Origin: Malacoraja senta
Taxonomy: Eukaryota
DNA length: 64,000 bases
Assembly (NCBI GenBank): GCA_038087875.1
Contig: CM075988.1
Location: 16,370,001-16,434,000 of the forward strand
Reading direction: 5' to 3'
Shown: positions 52,916 through 64,000 of the stretch, in pieces
How positions within the stretch are numbered: position 1 is the first letter of the stretch
Layout: every line of letters starts with the position of its first letter
Notes under the pieces: generated by a model
Database searches by the model: none
What the model was told of the DNA's origin: nothing
The model's input: the letters and a program-made list of their open reading frames with translations, nothing else
Program-made: the position numbers and the translations under genes

Positions 52916-54594
52916 TCTCCACCAGTTTGTTTTTTTTGCTCGGGGCGGTGGGCAGGGGATGTCGAGAACAGTTATCAGCACATTCAGCTTCTCGGCCAAT
53001 TTAGTGAGTTGTTTATGATAAAGTGATAACGGTTTTGTCTGGCAGGCTAAACATAGCGAGTGGGATTCAAAAACACACAGAAAATGCAAGATGCTGGTCG
53101 AACAGCAACCGTGGAAAGGGAGCAAAACACAAAGCACTGGAGTAACTCAATGGGTCAGGCAGCATCTAAGGAGGTGGTAGGGAATAGATGGGCGATTTGG
53201 TTCGGGATCCAGTCTGAAGAAGGATCCTGACCAGAAATGTCGCCTATCCATTCCTACCAAAGATGCTGCCTGACTGACCTGCTGTGTTACTCCAGCATTG
53301 TCTGGTTTGCTCAAGATTCCAGCTTCTGCATTTCCTTGTGTCTCCATCTATGCAAAGAGAAACAGTTAATGTTTCAGATTAGACCTGAGAAAGAAAAAAT
53401 AAACCAAGTCTGGATAGCAGAAAAATGTGAGTGAAACCAGAATTTCTGTTGGAGTGTGGCAGATGAGATAAGGCACTATAGTTCAAAGATACCTTCTATG
53501 ATCTTTGCTATAGTTGTATTACTTGTGGTTGATAAGATTCTAGCACACAGGGATCCGTTCAACAAGCCAGAATATAGACAGAGAGGGAAAAAAGTTTGGC
53601 AGTTGGAAATGTTTCTGATACGATAGGAAGACAGAGCGTGTTATCTAAAGAGTGTTCAGAAGTTTCCACTGCCCCTCCTCACCTAAACCCACACTCTAAG
53701 ACTACTTATGTTAAGAGGGTGAAAGAGGAGCCGTGTGCCTTCCCATTAAACAACAGCAGAGGGCTTGCGCATTTCCACAATATGTATTGAAACGTCGCTA
53801 AGCCCATTAATGATCTAAACAGCATTTTAATTTCAAATCAATTTTCCTGTCGCAGTTACAATGTTCAACATGAACATGGTGGCGCTTTTCGTTTGCGTGG
53901 GTTATTCCTTGCAACAAGGCGAAGCTGAAATTGTTATTCCTTCCACACATTGCAATCTGTGAATGTTTTACATTAAATATTACAAGAAGTAAATGGTAGA
54001 AAGTGAATAAATGGACAATTGTGGCAGAATTAACGTTCGTGAGCTGTGTAAAACTTTCAATCGTGCGTTATTTGCAGTCAATTTTGGGGTTATTTTATCT
54101 TCATTCAAACGGCTCGATCGCCAGATGGAAACAAAGTTGCATTTTGTGTCTATCTTTGCTGAAACACTCTAGATACAGCATTTCCGCTGCAGGAACACTT
54201 GCGGCACAACCAAAGAGGCACAACTAAGAACTCACAAAGAAAGACACAAGACATTTGCTGAACCCGAAAAAGTTTGTCCCTGCGTTTTACAAAAGTTGAC
54301 AAAGAGCCCACAGAAATCGAGTTTTAGGCGCAGTATCTACAATCACGCTGCCTTGACATTGTTTTTATTTTCAATTAAAAATAGACAAAACTGAAAAAAG
54401 TACCATACTTTAATGCAGCACAATTAAATAGAATGCATACTTAAAAATAGATTTTTTTGCTTTGATTTCGCTGCAAGAACCCGCTTCATGAATAACTTTT
54501 TCCCTACAGCAATAAGCAATACAGCATATAAGCTCTGAACTTCAGTCTTGGGTCGTTGGTTTTGTCTTTTTGCACTATTATTGTTTGTTTTTTA

Positions 54595-54815
<221 letters not shown>

Positions 54816-54984
54816 CTGGACTATATTACACAGTGTACTATGTTTACATATTCTGTTGTGCTGCTCTAAGCAAGTATTTCATTGTTATGTCTGGGACATA
54901 CGACAATAAAACCCTCCTGATTCTTTAATCAGCGCGCCTTTTTTCATTGAAAAAAATTAAACTCTGTTTTGCAGCGGGAACGCC

Positions 54985-55230
54985 GGCCATTGGTGCAGGG
55001 CCGAGCGGCTCGTCCAATCAGAGCGAGGCGCGGAATGGCGCGAGCCAATCCGGAGATCGTCGTGGTTGACGCGGGGACTGACCAATAGGAGCCTCGACCG
55101 AGGGTCGGGTTCTCCAATAGGCGGCGGGCGAGACCATGACGCAGAGCGTCGGCGTCGTGACGCAGAGGGGCGGGATGACTATAAAGGCGCGCAGCCGCCA
55201 AGCTGCAGGCGCCATTTTACAGGTGACCAG
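54985..55230 (+). promoter_or_regulatory. CpG-rich H2AX promoter: 5 CCAAT boxes, TGACGCA (CRE-like) x2, GC box, TATA, YY1-like GCCATTTT
   Basis: ATTGG 54989; CCAAT 55014, 55045, 55082, 55114; TGACGCAGAG 55137 and 55158; GGGGCGGG 55167; TATAAA 55180; GCCATTTT 55221. Confidence 0.85.
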
Positions 55231-55243
55231 AGGGACGCACAAC

Positions 55244-55699
55244 ATGTCGGGGAGAGGTAAAAGCAGTGGCGGGAAAGCCCGCGCTAAAGCCAAGACGAGG
55301 TCTTCCCGGGCCGGGTTGCAGTTCCCAGTCGGCCGAGTGCACCGTCTGCTGCGCAAGGGGAACTACGCCGACCGGGTGGGGGCCGGGGCGCCGGTTTACC
55401 TGGCGGCTGTGCTCGAGTACCTGACGGCCGAGATCCTGGAGTTGGCGGGCAACGCGGCCCGCGACAACAAGAAGTCGCGCATCATCCCTCGCCACCTCCA
55501 GCTGGCCATCCGCAACGACGAGGAGCTCAACAAGCTGCTGGGCGGCGTCACCATCGCCCAGGGCGGCGTCCTGCCCAACATCCAGGCCGTCTTGTTGCCT
55601 AAGAAGTCGGGCTCGGGGCCGGCGACCGGAAGCGGCGGCGGCGGCAGCGGCGGCAAGTCCGGCGCCAAGAAGAGCTCGCAGCAGTCGCAAGACTTCTAG
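55244..55699 (+). CDS. H2AX: Histone H2A.X (151 aa, intronless), C-terminus SSQQSQDF
   Basis: Canonical H2A core (SGRGK...[10 protein letters not shown]...[13 protein letters not shown]) plus C-terminal SQ(D/E)-aromatic motif; ATG downstream of TATA; human H2AX is also linked to C2CD2L. Confidence 0.95.
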   Translation: MSGRGKSSGGKARAKAKTRSSRAGLQFPVGRVHRLLRKGNYADRVGAGAPVYLAAVLEYLTAEILELAGNAARDNKKSRIIPRHLQLAIRNDEELNKLLGGVTIAQGGVLPNIQAVLLPKKSGSGPATGSGGGGSGGKSGAKKSSQQSQDF

Positions 55700-56583
55700 A
55701 GCGCCCCCGCGGCGGCCGGGAGGGGGACCAGAACCAGCGGGAGGACTCGTCCCCAAGCCGTAAGAGAAATCATGCAAATGGACCTTAAAAAGACTAAACA
55801 TGAACCCCTTCTCGGACCTTACATGGACACAAGGGGCTGCGAGGCTCCGAGCTTTTCCTGTGTTTTACGCCTTTTTTAAAAAAAGAAACAAACTCCCATT
55901 TTTTTTATCTTTTCAATATCTGTAATTTTTGGTTTCATTTTGTTTTGGTGGGGAAACCTGAAGTAGTTCTGCTTTTTCTGCAAGGAAATTTTTTGTTTTC
56001 TGGGGTTGTGAGAATTGGTCAAGGGGTTGCAATTGGAGCTTTTTGCCACGTAAGCGGATGGAGGGCTACACTTCATGTATTTTTGCCCAACCCCCCCCCT
56101 TGATTTCTTTGAATTGGCGCGCTAAAGTCTATGTTCAAGTTACCATGTTAACTTAGGCTTTTAGTGGCTTGTTCATGTTGTTTCGGTCCATTAACTTGCA
56201 CAAGCAAATTCTCAACAGTGCCTTCTTCAGGATGTTGTGCAGAGACCTGTAACAAAACGCACATGGCTGTCCAACGTGGGGTGTATTTTAGTGGGGTCCT
56301 GGGTTACTCCGATCCTGTGCGCAATGGTGATGTGACCTTTTTTGTCTTCGACAAATGTGATGCTACCTTTGTAACGTGTCTGGCTCCGCTGTTGCAACAA
56401 GGCTTCTTGTAACAATGTTGAGGTGGTTGTGTTCTCATGTAGGTTTCTGTCTGATAACTGGAGTTGGATTTCAAAAACTGCATAATCAATTATTCTGTAA
56501 GTTTGTACAGGGGCCAGAAGAATTGTTTAACTTTTGAAGACCCAGTAAGCTGCCTTTTTAGCAGGCGTACACTGCTGGTTCAG

Positions 56584-56589
56584 AATAAA
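56584..56589 (+). terminator. Candidate H2AX poly(A) signal
   Basis: AATAAA about 0.9 kb after the stop, upstream TGTA (56504), downstream T/GT-rich sequence. Confidence 0.55.
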
Positions 56590-58619
56590 GATTTTCCTAT
56601 TTACATAAACTTGGAATTTGTATAGATTCTGTTATGGTTTTTTGCTCAGAAGCATCAGTAGTGTATTGTAGCATATTGCACCTGGTGAGTTTAGAACAAC
56701 ACTTTGCTATGAGACACTCAAGTCTACTGCTGGTTCATCCTTGTGTTGTGAAACCATTGTAAACAAGGTTTGCCAGCAATATAACTGCACAATAACATGG
56801 ACGTGAATATCCCACTTGTGCCTGGTTTACTGCCCACCAATACATGTACACAGACTACAATGCCAGCCAGGCAATATATAGGGAAATTGTCAATATTTGC
56901 TGTGATACTAAAGAGATTACGATCAAAATATGTACTTTGAAACATGTCAAGGAAATCAATTTCGATGCTGTGGTACATTTAATGGGCGATGTGAAATTGG
57001 GAAAATTGATGGTCCTTCCAGTAGACCATTTAAAAAAGCACAATTAACAGCTAATGATTGTAGAGCTTGTTTAGCACCAGGGATGATGGGATAGCATTTG
57101 GCTCAAACAATTGTTAGTGACATTATGGCTAATATATAATTACTTTTATCAAGTCATCAGAACTACTACCGTATGCTATAATTGGAGCATGAATCTAGAT
57201 AGTTATGCAGCACAGAAATAGGCCCTTTGGCCCAACATGCCCATGTTGATATTGATGCCCCATTTACACCAGTTCCGCCTATCCGAGTCTGGCCCAAATC
57301 ATTCAGCATTTCAGCAGTATTAGTGGGATGTGGAACACTTTTTTGTTATCGGCCAAACTACCTTTTTTCTCTGGTTCTGAGAGGTGGGGTTGTGGAGTAA
57401 AGAAGAGATGCCGACAATAGCAATCATAAAATACTACTTTTTCAAAATTTTCCAGTTCTCGCATGTGATTGACACAAAATGTCAATGATTTAGAAACTAG
57501 GAACTGCAGATGCTGGTTTTCCAAAAAGATGCAACATGTTGGATAACAAGGTTAGGCGGCATCTGGAAAACATGGTTAGGTCTGACATTCAGTCGGAAGA
57601 AGGCTCCTGACCCCAAACATCACCTGCTTTCCAGCGATGATGCATATCAATGATTTGTTCCCCTGTGGTGCTTGACCTATCCAGTACTCTGTTGCGTTTC
57701 TTTGCAAGAAATCGTTTTTCATCAAATTATCCTTCATCGACGAACTAGAGTTTGTACATTTCTCAACGTCCCAGCTAAATCTCCATGATCCTCTTCATGA
57801 CCATTGTTGGTATTAAGTGTTAGTAGGTTGATGTTTAAGCAGGTGAGTAAGTGACAGGCCAGGGGGGAAAGGAGAAAAATTGTGTTAAATGAATGAGTGA
57901 AATGTGAAGCCAGATTGAGGGGGATAAAAGGGAAATGGGGCTGGGAGGAGTAGTAGAACAGGAGGGAAATTGAATCTTCCACCAATTCAGTCAGCTTGAG
58001 CTGACTAAATATTTAGCCCGCCATGATACCAAACACCAAGATATGTTTTAGTCTTACCCCTGTAGTCTGCCACACTACCAGAGAGTAGTGTTTAAAAGTC
58101 AAAGTTGTAGTTAGTGTCAAAGGTTTGGTTATACTTTTAGGATTTTTAATATTTCTTTAAAAAAAACATTACTGTCAGCAGGAGTCTTGTTTATTTATAC
58201 CTCAGAAGCAATTTGTTTACATTTTTGAAAACTTGTATAAAATAGCTGTTAACATTGAGGTGCAGCCTACACACAACTTGTACATGCAGATCTGGAGGCT
58301 GGCATATAAACTTGCCTTGCGTACCCAGGTTCAATCCTGACTGAATTTGCAAGTTAATTGGCTTCTGTAAATTGTCTCTAGTGTGTAGGATAGTGCTCGT
58401 GTAGAGGGTGCTGACTAGTCGTTGCAGACTCGAAGGGCCTGTTTCCATGCTGTAAACTTTTAAAAATGAGATAATTCACAGTTAACAATTGAGATCATTG
58501 GAACAGTTTGTACTTCATGCAACACTCATTAAAATAAATATGACATTTGTATTAATATAACTTTTTTTTAAGTCAGGAAAATTACCAAAGGAGCTGCTGA
58601 GAATGACGGACACACCGAG

Positions 58620-60287
58620 ACGGGCAGCATCACTGGATAGAAGGATTGGGTGACTGGGCCAAGACCCTTCAGACTGAGTTGGGAGAGGGAGACACAGATA
58701 AGGAAGGGTAAGGTGTGAAAATGAGACATAAAAAGAGACAAAGTTAAAGGAAAATGTAGAATAGAGAGTCTCGGTGGGCGGCGCGACTCTCGTCAGCAGC
58801 GGCCTCTGCAGTCCGTCTGTCTTTATTATTTTTGTCTCGTTTTTGTGTAGTTTTTATTATTTTTTTGTCGGGGTGTGGGGGTGGGGGGGGAAACTTTGAA
58901 ATCTTTCCCCTGCACGGGAGACCTGACCTTTTCTTCGTCGGGTCTCCTTTGTCGTTGGGGCTGGGCAACGTGGAGCGGCCTCCAGCAGGAACGACCTGGG
59001 GCTCCAGTTGTGGAGCTGCGGACTACTCACCGTCACGGGGCTGGCCGAGTCCGGAGCGGGTGGAGCTGTGGTGGAGACAATCGCTGCTGCGACCCGACCG
59101 CCAGAGATTCGGAGGCTACAACCGTGGGTCTGGCGGACGGCAACACTGGAAGACCGCTTTTCGGGGCTTCCGCAGCGGCGACTTCTCCTGCCCGAGTTGC
59201 GGGGCTGAAGAGCACCTGGAGCGGGGCTTTATCCCCCCGCGCGGCTTGGAATGGCCGCCGAACTTTGCGGGCGCGCGCCGGGGCTCTAACACCAAGACCC
59301 GGTGAGCGACCTTGCATCACCAGGCGTGGCTTTAATGGCCGCGGGATAATCACCATCGCCCGCCGGGGGCTTTGACTTTGACTCTGACATCGGGGGGGGG
59401 GGGGAGTGCAGTGGAGAGATACGTTTTTTTTTTGCCTTCCATCACAGCGTTCTGATGGATGTATGTGTAAATTGTGTGTGTCTCGGGTCTTCTTCGTTTT
59501 GTATTGTATGGCTGCAGAAACGACATTTCGTTTGGACCTCAAGGGGTCCAAATGACAAATTTGTCCAAAAGACAAATAAAAATTGAAATTGAAATTGAGA
59601 TCATTGTTAGCTAGGAGAAGGTGTAACTACAAAGCAAACAGGTAAAATGTAATCTGACTGGGAAGGGGGAGGGATGGAGAGAGGGGAAAAGCAAGGGCTA
59701 CAAAGTTAGATAAGTCAATATTCATACCACGAAACGATTGCCAAGCCTGTGCTTGGTCTCGCCAATATATAGGAGTCCACACCTGGAACAGTGGTTACAG
59801 TAGATATTGTTGGAAGAAGTGCAAGTGAACCTCTGCCTCACCTGAAAAGACTGTCTGGGTCCTTGGACGGAGTCAAGGGAGGAGGTGTTGCACCTCTTTT
59901 GGTTGCAGGGGAAAGTACCCGGGGAGTGGGTGGTTTGAATGGGAAGGAACGAGTTAACTAGGGAGTTGCGGAAAGGGGTGGAGATGGGAAGATGTGTGTA
60001 GTGGTGGAATCACGTTGGAGGTGGGGAAACTCGGAGGATTATGTGCTGTATGTGACGGCTGAGGTGAAAGGTGAGGAGTAGGGGGACTCTGGCTCTGTTG
60101 CGACTGATTGGGGGGGGGGGAAAGAGTAGGGAGCTAGAGCACAGCTGCGGGATATAGAGGAAGCCCTAGTGAACCCCCGTACCCTAAAGAAAGGAATGAG
60201 GACATCTCAGATGTCCTGGTATGGAACAACTCATCTTGAGTGCAGATGTGTAGTTGGAGGAATTGGGAGTAGAGTCCTTGCAAGAGG
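58620..60287 (-). mobile_element. Degenerate Penelope-like fragment interrupted by a GC-rich element
   Basis: Matches 25870-26090 and 6300-7080; interrupted at about 58766-59598. Confidence 0.75.
58766..59598 (+). mobile_element. Young GC/CpG-rich non-autonomous non-LTR element with (AATTGA)n tail
   Basis: Splits PLE sequence GTAGAATA|GATCATTG; 3' hairpin TTTGGACCTC-AA-GGGGTCCAAA, then GACAAATAAA and the tail. Confidence 0.65.
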
Positions 60288-60876
60288 CAGTGCCCTCCAT
60301 AATGTTTGGGACAAAGACTCATTTATTTATTTGCTTCTGTACTTCACAATTTGAGATTTGTAATATAAAAGAATCACATTGGTTAAAGTGCACATTGTCA
60401 GATTTTAATAAAGGAATTTTTAATACATTTTAGTTTCACCATGTACAAATTACAGCAGTGTTTATATGTAGTCTGAAATATGGCTGCAATACAGGCCTGG
60501 CAGAGCATCACCAGAGAAGACACCCAGCAACTGGTGATGTCCATGAATCACAGACTTCAAGCAGTCATTGCATGCAAAGGATATGCAACAAAATACTAAA
60601 CATGACTACTTTCATTTACATGGCATTGCTGTGTCCCAAACATTATGGTGCCCTGAAATGATATATGGGGGGGGGGGGGGGTGGCTGGCTATGTATAAAC
60701 ACTGCTATGATTTCTACATGGTGAAACCAAAATGTATAAAAATGGCCTTTATTAAAATCTGAGAAAGTGCACTTCAACCACATGCATTTTTTTTCTATTA
60801 CAAATCTCAAATTGTGGAGTATAGAGGCAAATAAATTAATGATGGGTCTTTGTCCCAAACATTATGGAGGGCACTG
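60288..60876 (+). mobile_element. Tc1-like non-autonomous element with long IR/DR-type ends and a transposase C-terminal remnant
   Basis: Long TIRs; inner repeat TGTCCCAAACATTATGG; 60480-60599 encodes ...LVMSMNHRLQAVIACKGYATKY*. Confidence 0.88.
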
Positions 60877-62457
60877 TAACAGAACTCAGACTTCATGAAC
60901 TTCCTGACCTGATTATTCGTAAGGAGGCTGAGACAGTTTTGGTGAGGGGGATGAAGTGTAGAATTTGGGTCCAGACATTTGAGAACGAAGGACACCTGTG
61001 AACATTGGACAAAGAGGGGAAATAGGAATTTCACATAAGTCAAATCACTGGAGGAACTCCAGCGGGTCGAGCAGCATCTGTAGAAGGAAGGACTACTCAA
61101 CATTTCAGGTCGAGGCCCTTTCCCTCCGCATCTCCAATTGAGTTCATCCATCAAATTTTTTTTGCACCAGATTGCAGTCGTGTGTCTCCTTATATATTAA
61201 TATTTGTAGCTTTCTGCATTTTCATCTGTCAATGGGACGATTAAACAATCTGCCACAGTGCAGATTGCAACAGTGGCTCCAGGAAATCATCTTTGCAGAG
61301 AGGGATGGCCACAAGGGAAATTGCAGTGGAGGATGGGCTGAAGGAATGGGAAATTTAAATACATTGGGGTTTCCAAGATATGCTTCCATACACAAAATGC
61401 ACATTTATGCTAATTTAGTCCTATTTATACATACTTTAAATCCTGATTGAAGGAGATTTGTAAGAAACTTGAATATTTTTTTTAATCATTTTTGAATATA
61501 TTAAATCTCAACCAGCTTTGGATTCATTTTGAGGCCAAACTTCCCTGAGAAGCTATTCCACCACCACATAGTGAAAAATCAAAATGTAAAAATCTATAGG
61601 CAGTGAATAAGGAAAGTTTCCCCACGTATATTAGGGAGTGTGTTGAACTTCACCCACTGTAAAGTTGTATTGCAACATAATATTTATGGGTAATTAAGTG
61701 TTCATTCTGTTAAGTATTCAAAGAGATTGCAATTTAACTTTTCAGTTCAAGTTCTTTAAGGCTTGGTTGGGGGAAGGATGGGAGAGAATAATTTAGCAGT
61801 TTAGGGAAACCTGTTCATAAGTGGTTCTTTCACATTTAAATACTGAATATGAGCAAGTGATTCAACCCACACACTCAATATTCATTTATGCAATTTTGTG
61901 GGAGGATTGGTCTCTAATAGTGAGGAGAAGGAAATGATTTCCTTCCTTGGCCACAAATAGTGAGAGGTGGAAGTCTGCCAATCACAGTTATGTCTACTGC
62001 TATCCAAGCTGAGATCAAATTTAGAATTGAACAGAAATCAATGTGCAAGAGGCTGAGCCTTAACCAATTGACTTTTATTTTTCAAAATACAGGTATCACT
62101 GCCAAGCAATCTACTTTGCCAAATAGGATCTAACCATTAATCACACACTGTTTCTGCAACTCATATCTGGTTCTTAACCTGAATATTCTGGAGCATAATT
62201 CACTAATTATTACCAAATGCCCTATTTTTTTCTTTCAGCTGCTTTTTATTGTTAGGTTACCTTCCTCTCACCGGAAATCCATTATCAAAGCTTCACTATT
62301 ATGAACATGTCTTATTAAGTTGCTGTTTAACCTTCTCTGCTGTAAGGAGAATGACCATGACTTCTCTATATACGATCAAAGCTTTCATTCCTGATTCTAT
62401 TCCAGCAGATATTTTCCTGGTGTTTTTGCTCTTTTACAATACTACTTAAGTAACAGT

Positions 62458-62511
62458 GGGGTGGAAGATTGCAACCTTCACGTGGTCCGCCCTGTTTTGA
62501 CGAATGCAATC
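62458..62511 (+). ncRNA. Minimal HDV/CPEB3-like self-cleaving ribozyme motif (54 nt)
   Basis: P1 GGGGTGG/CCGCCCT (G1-U wobble), P2 GATTGCA/TGCAATC, P3 ACC/GGT, L3 TTCACGT, GT after P1, vestigial P4, J4/2 CGAA with putative catalytic C at 62501. Confidence 0.82.
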
Positions 62512-62593
62512 AACCTGGCGTGCACAATCAAATAAGATCAAATAGAACAAGTTGTCCTACAACTTTTAGGCTGTGCACGCCATACGCAAGAAG
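62458..62593 (+). mobile_element. Short non-autonomous non-LTR element (ribozyme head, 3' stem, AAG tail); Vingi/ingi- or RTE-type partner suspected
   Basis: TSD AAGTAACAGT(G) at 62448 and 62594; 3' end GCCATACGC(AAG)n; second copy at 24701. Confidence 0.75.
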
Positions 62594-63170
62594 AAGTAAC
62601 AGTGATCCACATGGCCAGTGATGTTTTAAATTACTGCACCTCTGTTCTTCATGTCCTCTATCTTCCTTGGCAGAGTCTTATCACAGGTCTGTCTCAGTGT
62701 AATTATCACATTTTCAGCTTTGGCATATATTTACAAAGTAGTTAAAACATAACAGGCATTTGTGTCCAACATGTGTGTGTAAGTGAACGCCTCTGCTCTC
62801 TTCAACTGAACACCATCTACCTCTTTTCCTTCAGGTGCTTATCTGGTTTCCCTTTAAATGCTAATAATCTCACCTATTTCTGGTTCCACGTGTTTACCGC
62901 TTTTATGGATGGCTTAGTAACTAGCCCACATTTATAGTTGCTGCTTCTGGTCCTGCCTGCAAATCTAATTTTCTATACCTACTCCATCAAAGCATTCTAT
63001 TTCAAATTACCCTAACAGGCCTTTCATCAGGAAGAACTGTCCACGTCCATTAATCTTTCCTGATAACTACTCAGTTCTGGTGCCTATCATCACCCTTCTC
63101 TCCCTGCCTGACTCATTTACCAATCATTATAAGTTCATAGGTGAAAGGAGCAGAATTAGGCCATTCAGCC

Positions 63171-63383
63171 TGTAGACAGACTCCAGACACGCTATGTGAT
63201 CCAAAATCATCTTTAATCAACACTTGAACTTTAACACCATGAAGGATGGTTAGATGTCAGAACATGCCAACTGCTGCTCAAACTGAGTAGTGCCAGAAGC
63301 AAGTGTTAATATAAACGTTATAGTGAGGTGGGGTTAGTGATGCTAACTATATGTGATTGGTTAACATGCATAATCAATCTACA
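63171..63383 (-). mobile_element. Solo LTR inserted in a CR1 3' end
   Basis: TGTAGA...TCTACA termini, 5-bp TSD CAGCC; CCAAT, TATA-like and ATTAAA in order on the minus strand. Confidence 0.7.
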
Positions 63384-63778
63384 CAGCCCATCAAGTCTAC
63401 GGCGCCATTCAATCGTGGCTTATCTGCCTTTCCCTTCCAACCCCATTCTCCTGCCTCGTGCGCCTAACCCCTGACACCCTTGCTAATCAAGAAGCCCCTC
63501 CTTACCTGGATCTGCCTATCTTTTGCCAGTTCTTGCCCCATCCATACCTTCACATAGTGCAAATGAAGTTTAGACTGTGACTTACAGGAAACCCACATCT
63601 GATGGTGTTCCTCCTTATCTGCTAGCTCAAGTCCTGGTGGATGATAGAGGCTGACTGTTTAGGAGATGTGGGAGACAACTTACCAAGGTGCTGCAGTGTA
63701 TTTTATAGATTATATGTACTGCAGCTACAGTGTTGGGTGTGGATAATTAAGAAGATTGCTGGAATGCTAATGAAGCAG

Positions 63779-63968
63779 ACACTCGGAACTGCAGATACTG
63801 ATTTCCAAACAAAGACATAAAGTGCTGGGGTAACTTAACTAATCAGGCAACGTCTCTGGAGAACATGGATAGGCGACTTTCCGGGTCAGGACCCTTCTTC
63901 AGACTCACCTGTCCCTGTTCTCCGCCGATGCTGTCTGGAACTGCTCAGTTACTTCAGCACTTTGTTTC
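63779..63968. mobile_element. Fold-back PLE pLTR element
   Basis: Inverted arms; 14-bp TSD TGCTAATGAAGCAG (63765, 63969). Confidence 0.75.
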
Positions 63969-64000
63969 TGCTAATGAAGCAGGCAGTTTTGCCAGGGATG

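Noticed and set aside
55136..55243. 36-aa N-terminal extension of H2AX in the ORF track
   Set aside because: That ATG lies upstream of the TATA box, inside promoter motifs; the canonical MSGRGK start is at 55244
55217..55801. 194-aa antisense ORF over H2AX
   Set aside because: Shadow ORF caused by GC-rich codon usage of the histone gene
56549..56567. GCTGCCTTTTTAGCAGGC as a histone stem-loop
   Set aside because: Does not form the 6-bp GG...CC stem and is 850 bp from the stop
58832..59575. 157-180-aa ORFs as a gene with a CpG island
   Set aside because: No recognisable domain; they lie inside an insertion that splits a PLE relic

Overview
Eukaryotic, repeat-rich vertebrate genomic DNA, most likely a cartilaginous fish (skate/ray), inferred from HE1-like V-SINEs, CR1 3' ends, DeuSINE relics and abundant Penelope-like elements (PLEs). 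Two protein-coding genes can be supported, both on the + strand. (1) Thirteen phase-consistent GT-AG coding exons (26200-45789, 598 aa plus stop) of C2CD2L/TMEM24; the N-terminal transmembrane exon was not found and probably lies upstream of the window. (2) An intronless H2AX-type histone (55244-55699) ending in SQQSQDF, with a CCAAT/CRE/GC/TATA promoter and no recognisable histone stem-loop. The most interesting non-genic signals are: a ~136-bp TSD-flanked non-autonomous retroelement starting exactly at G1 of a minimal 54-nt HDV/CPEB3-like ribozyme (62458; a second, mutated copy lies in sense orientation at 24701 in the presumed first C2CD2L intron); many PLE pseudo-LTRs and short fold-back elements carrying minimal hammerhead motifs; P-element-like ends and tiny excision-footprint-like relics with 8-bp TSDs; and two local templated duplications. 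All calls are by eye. No database search, folding or activity assay was run.
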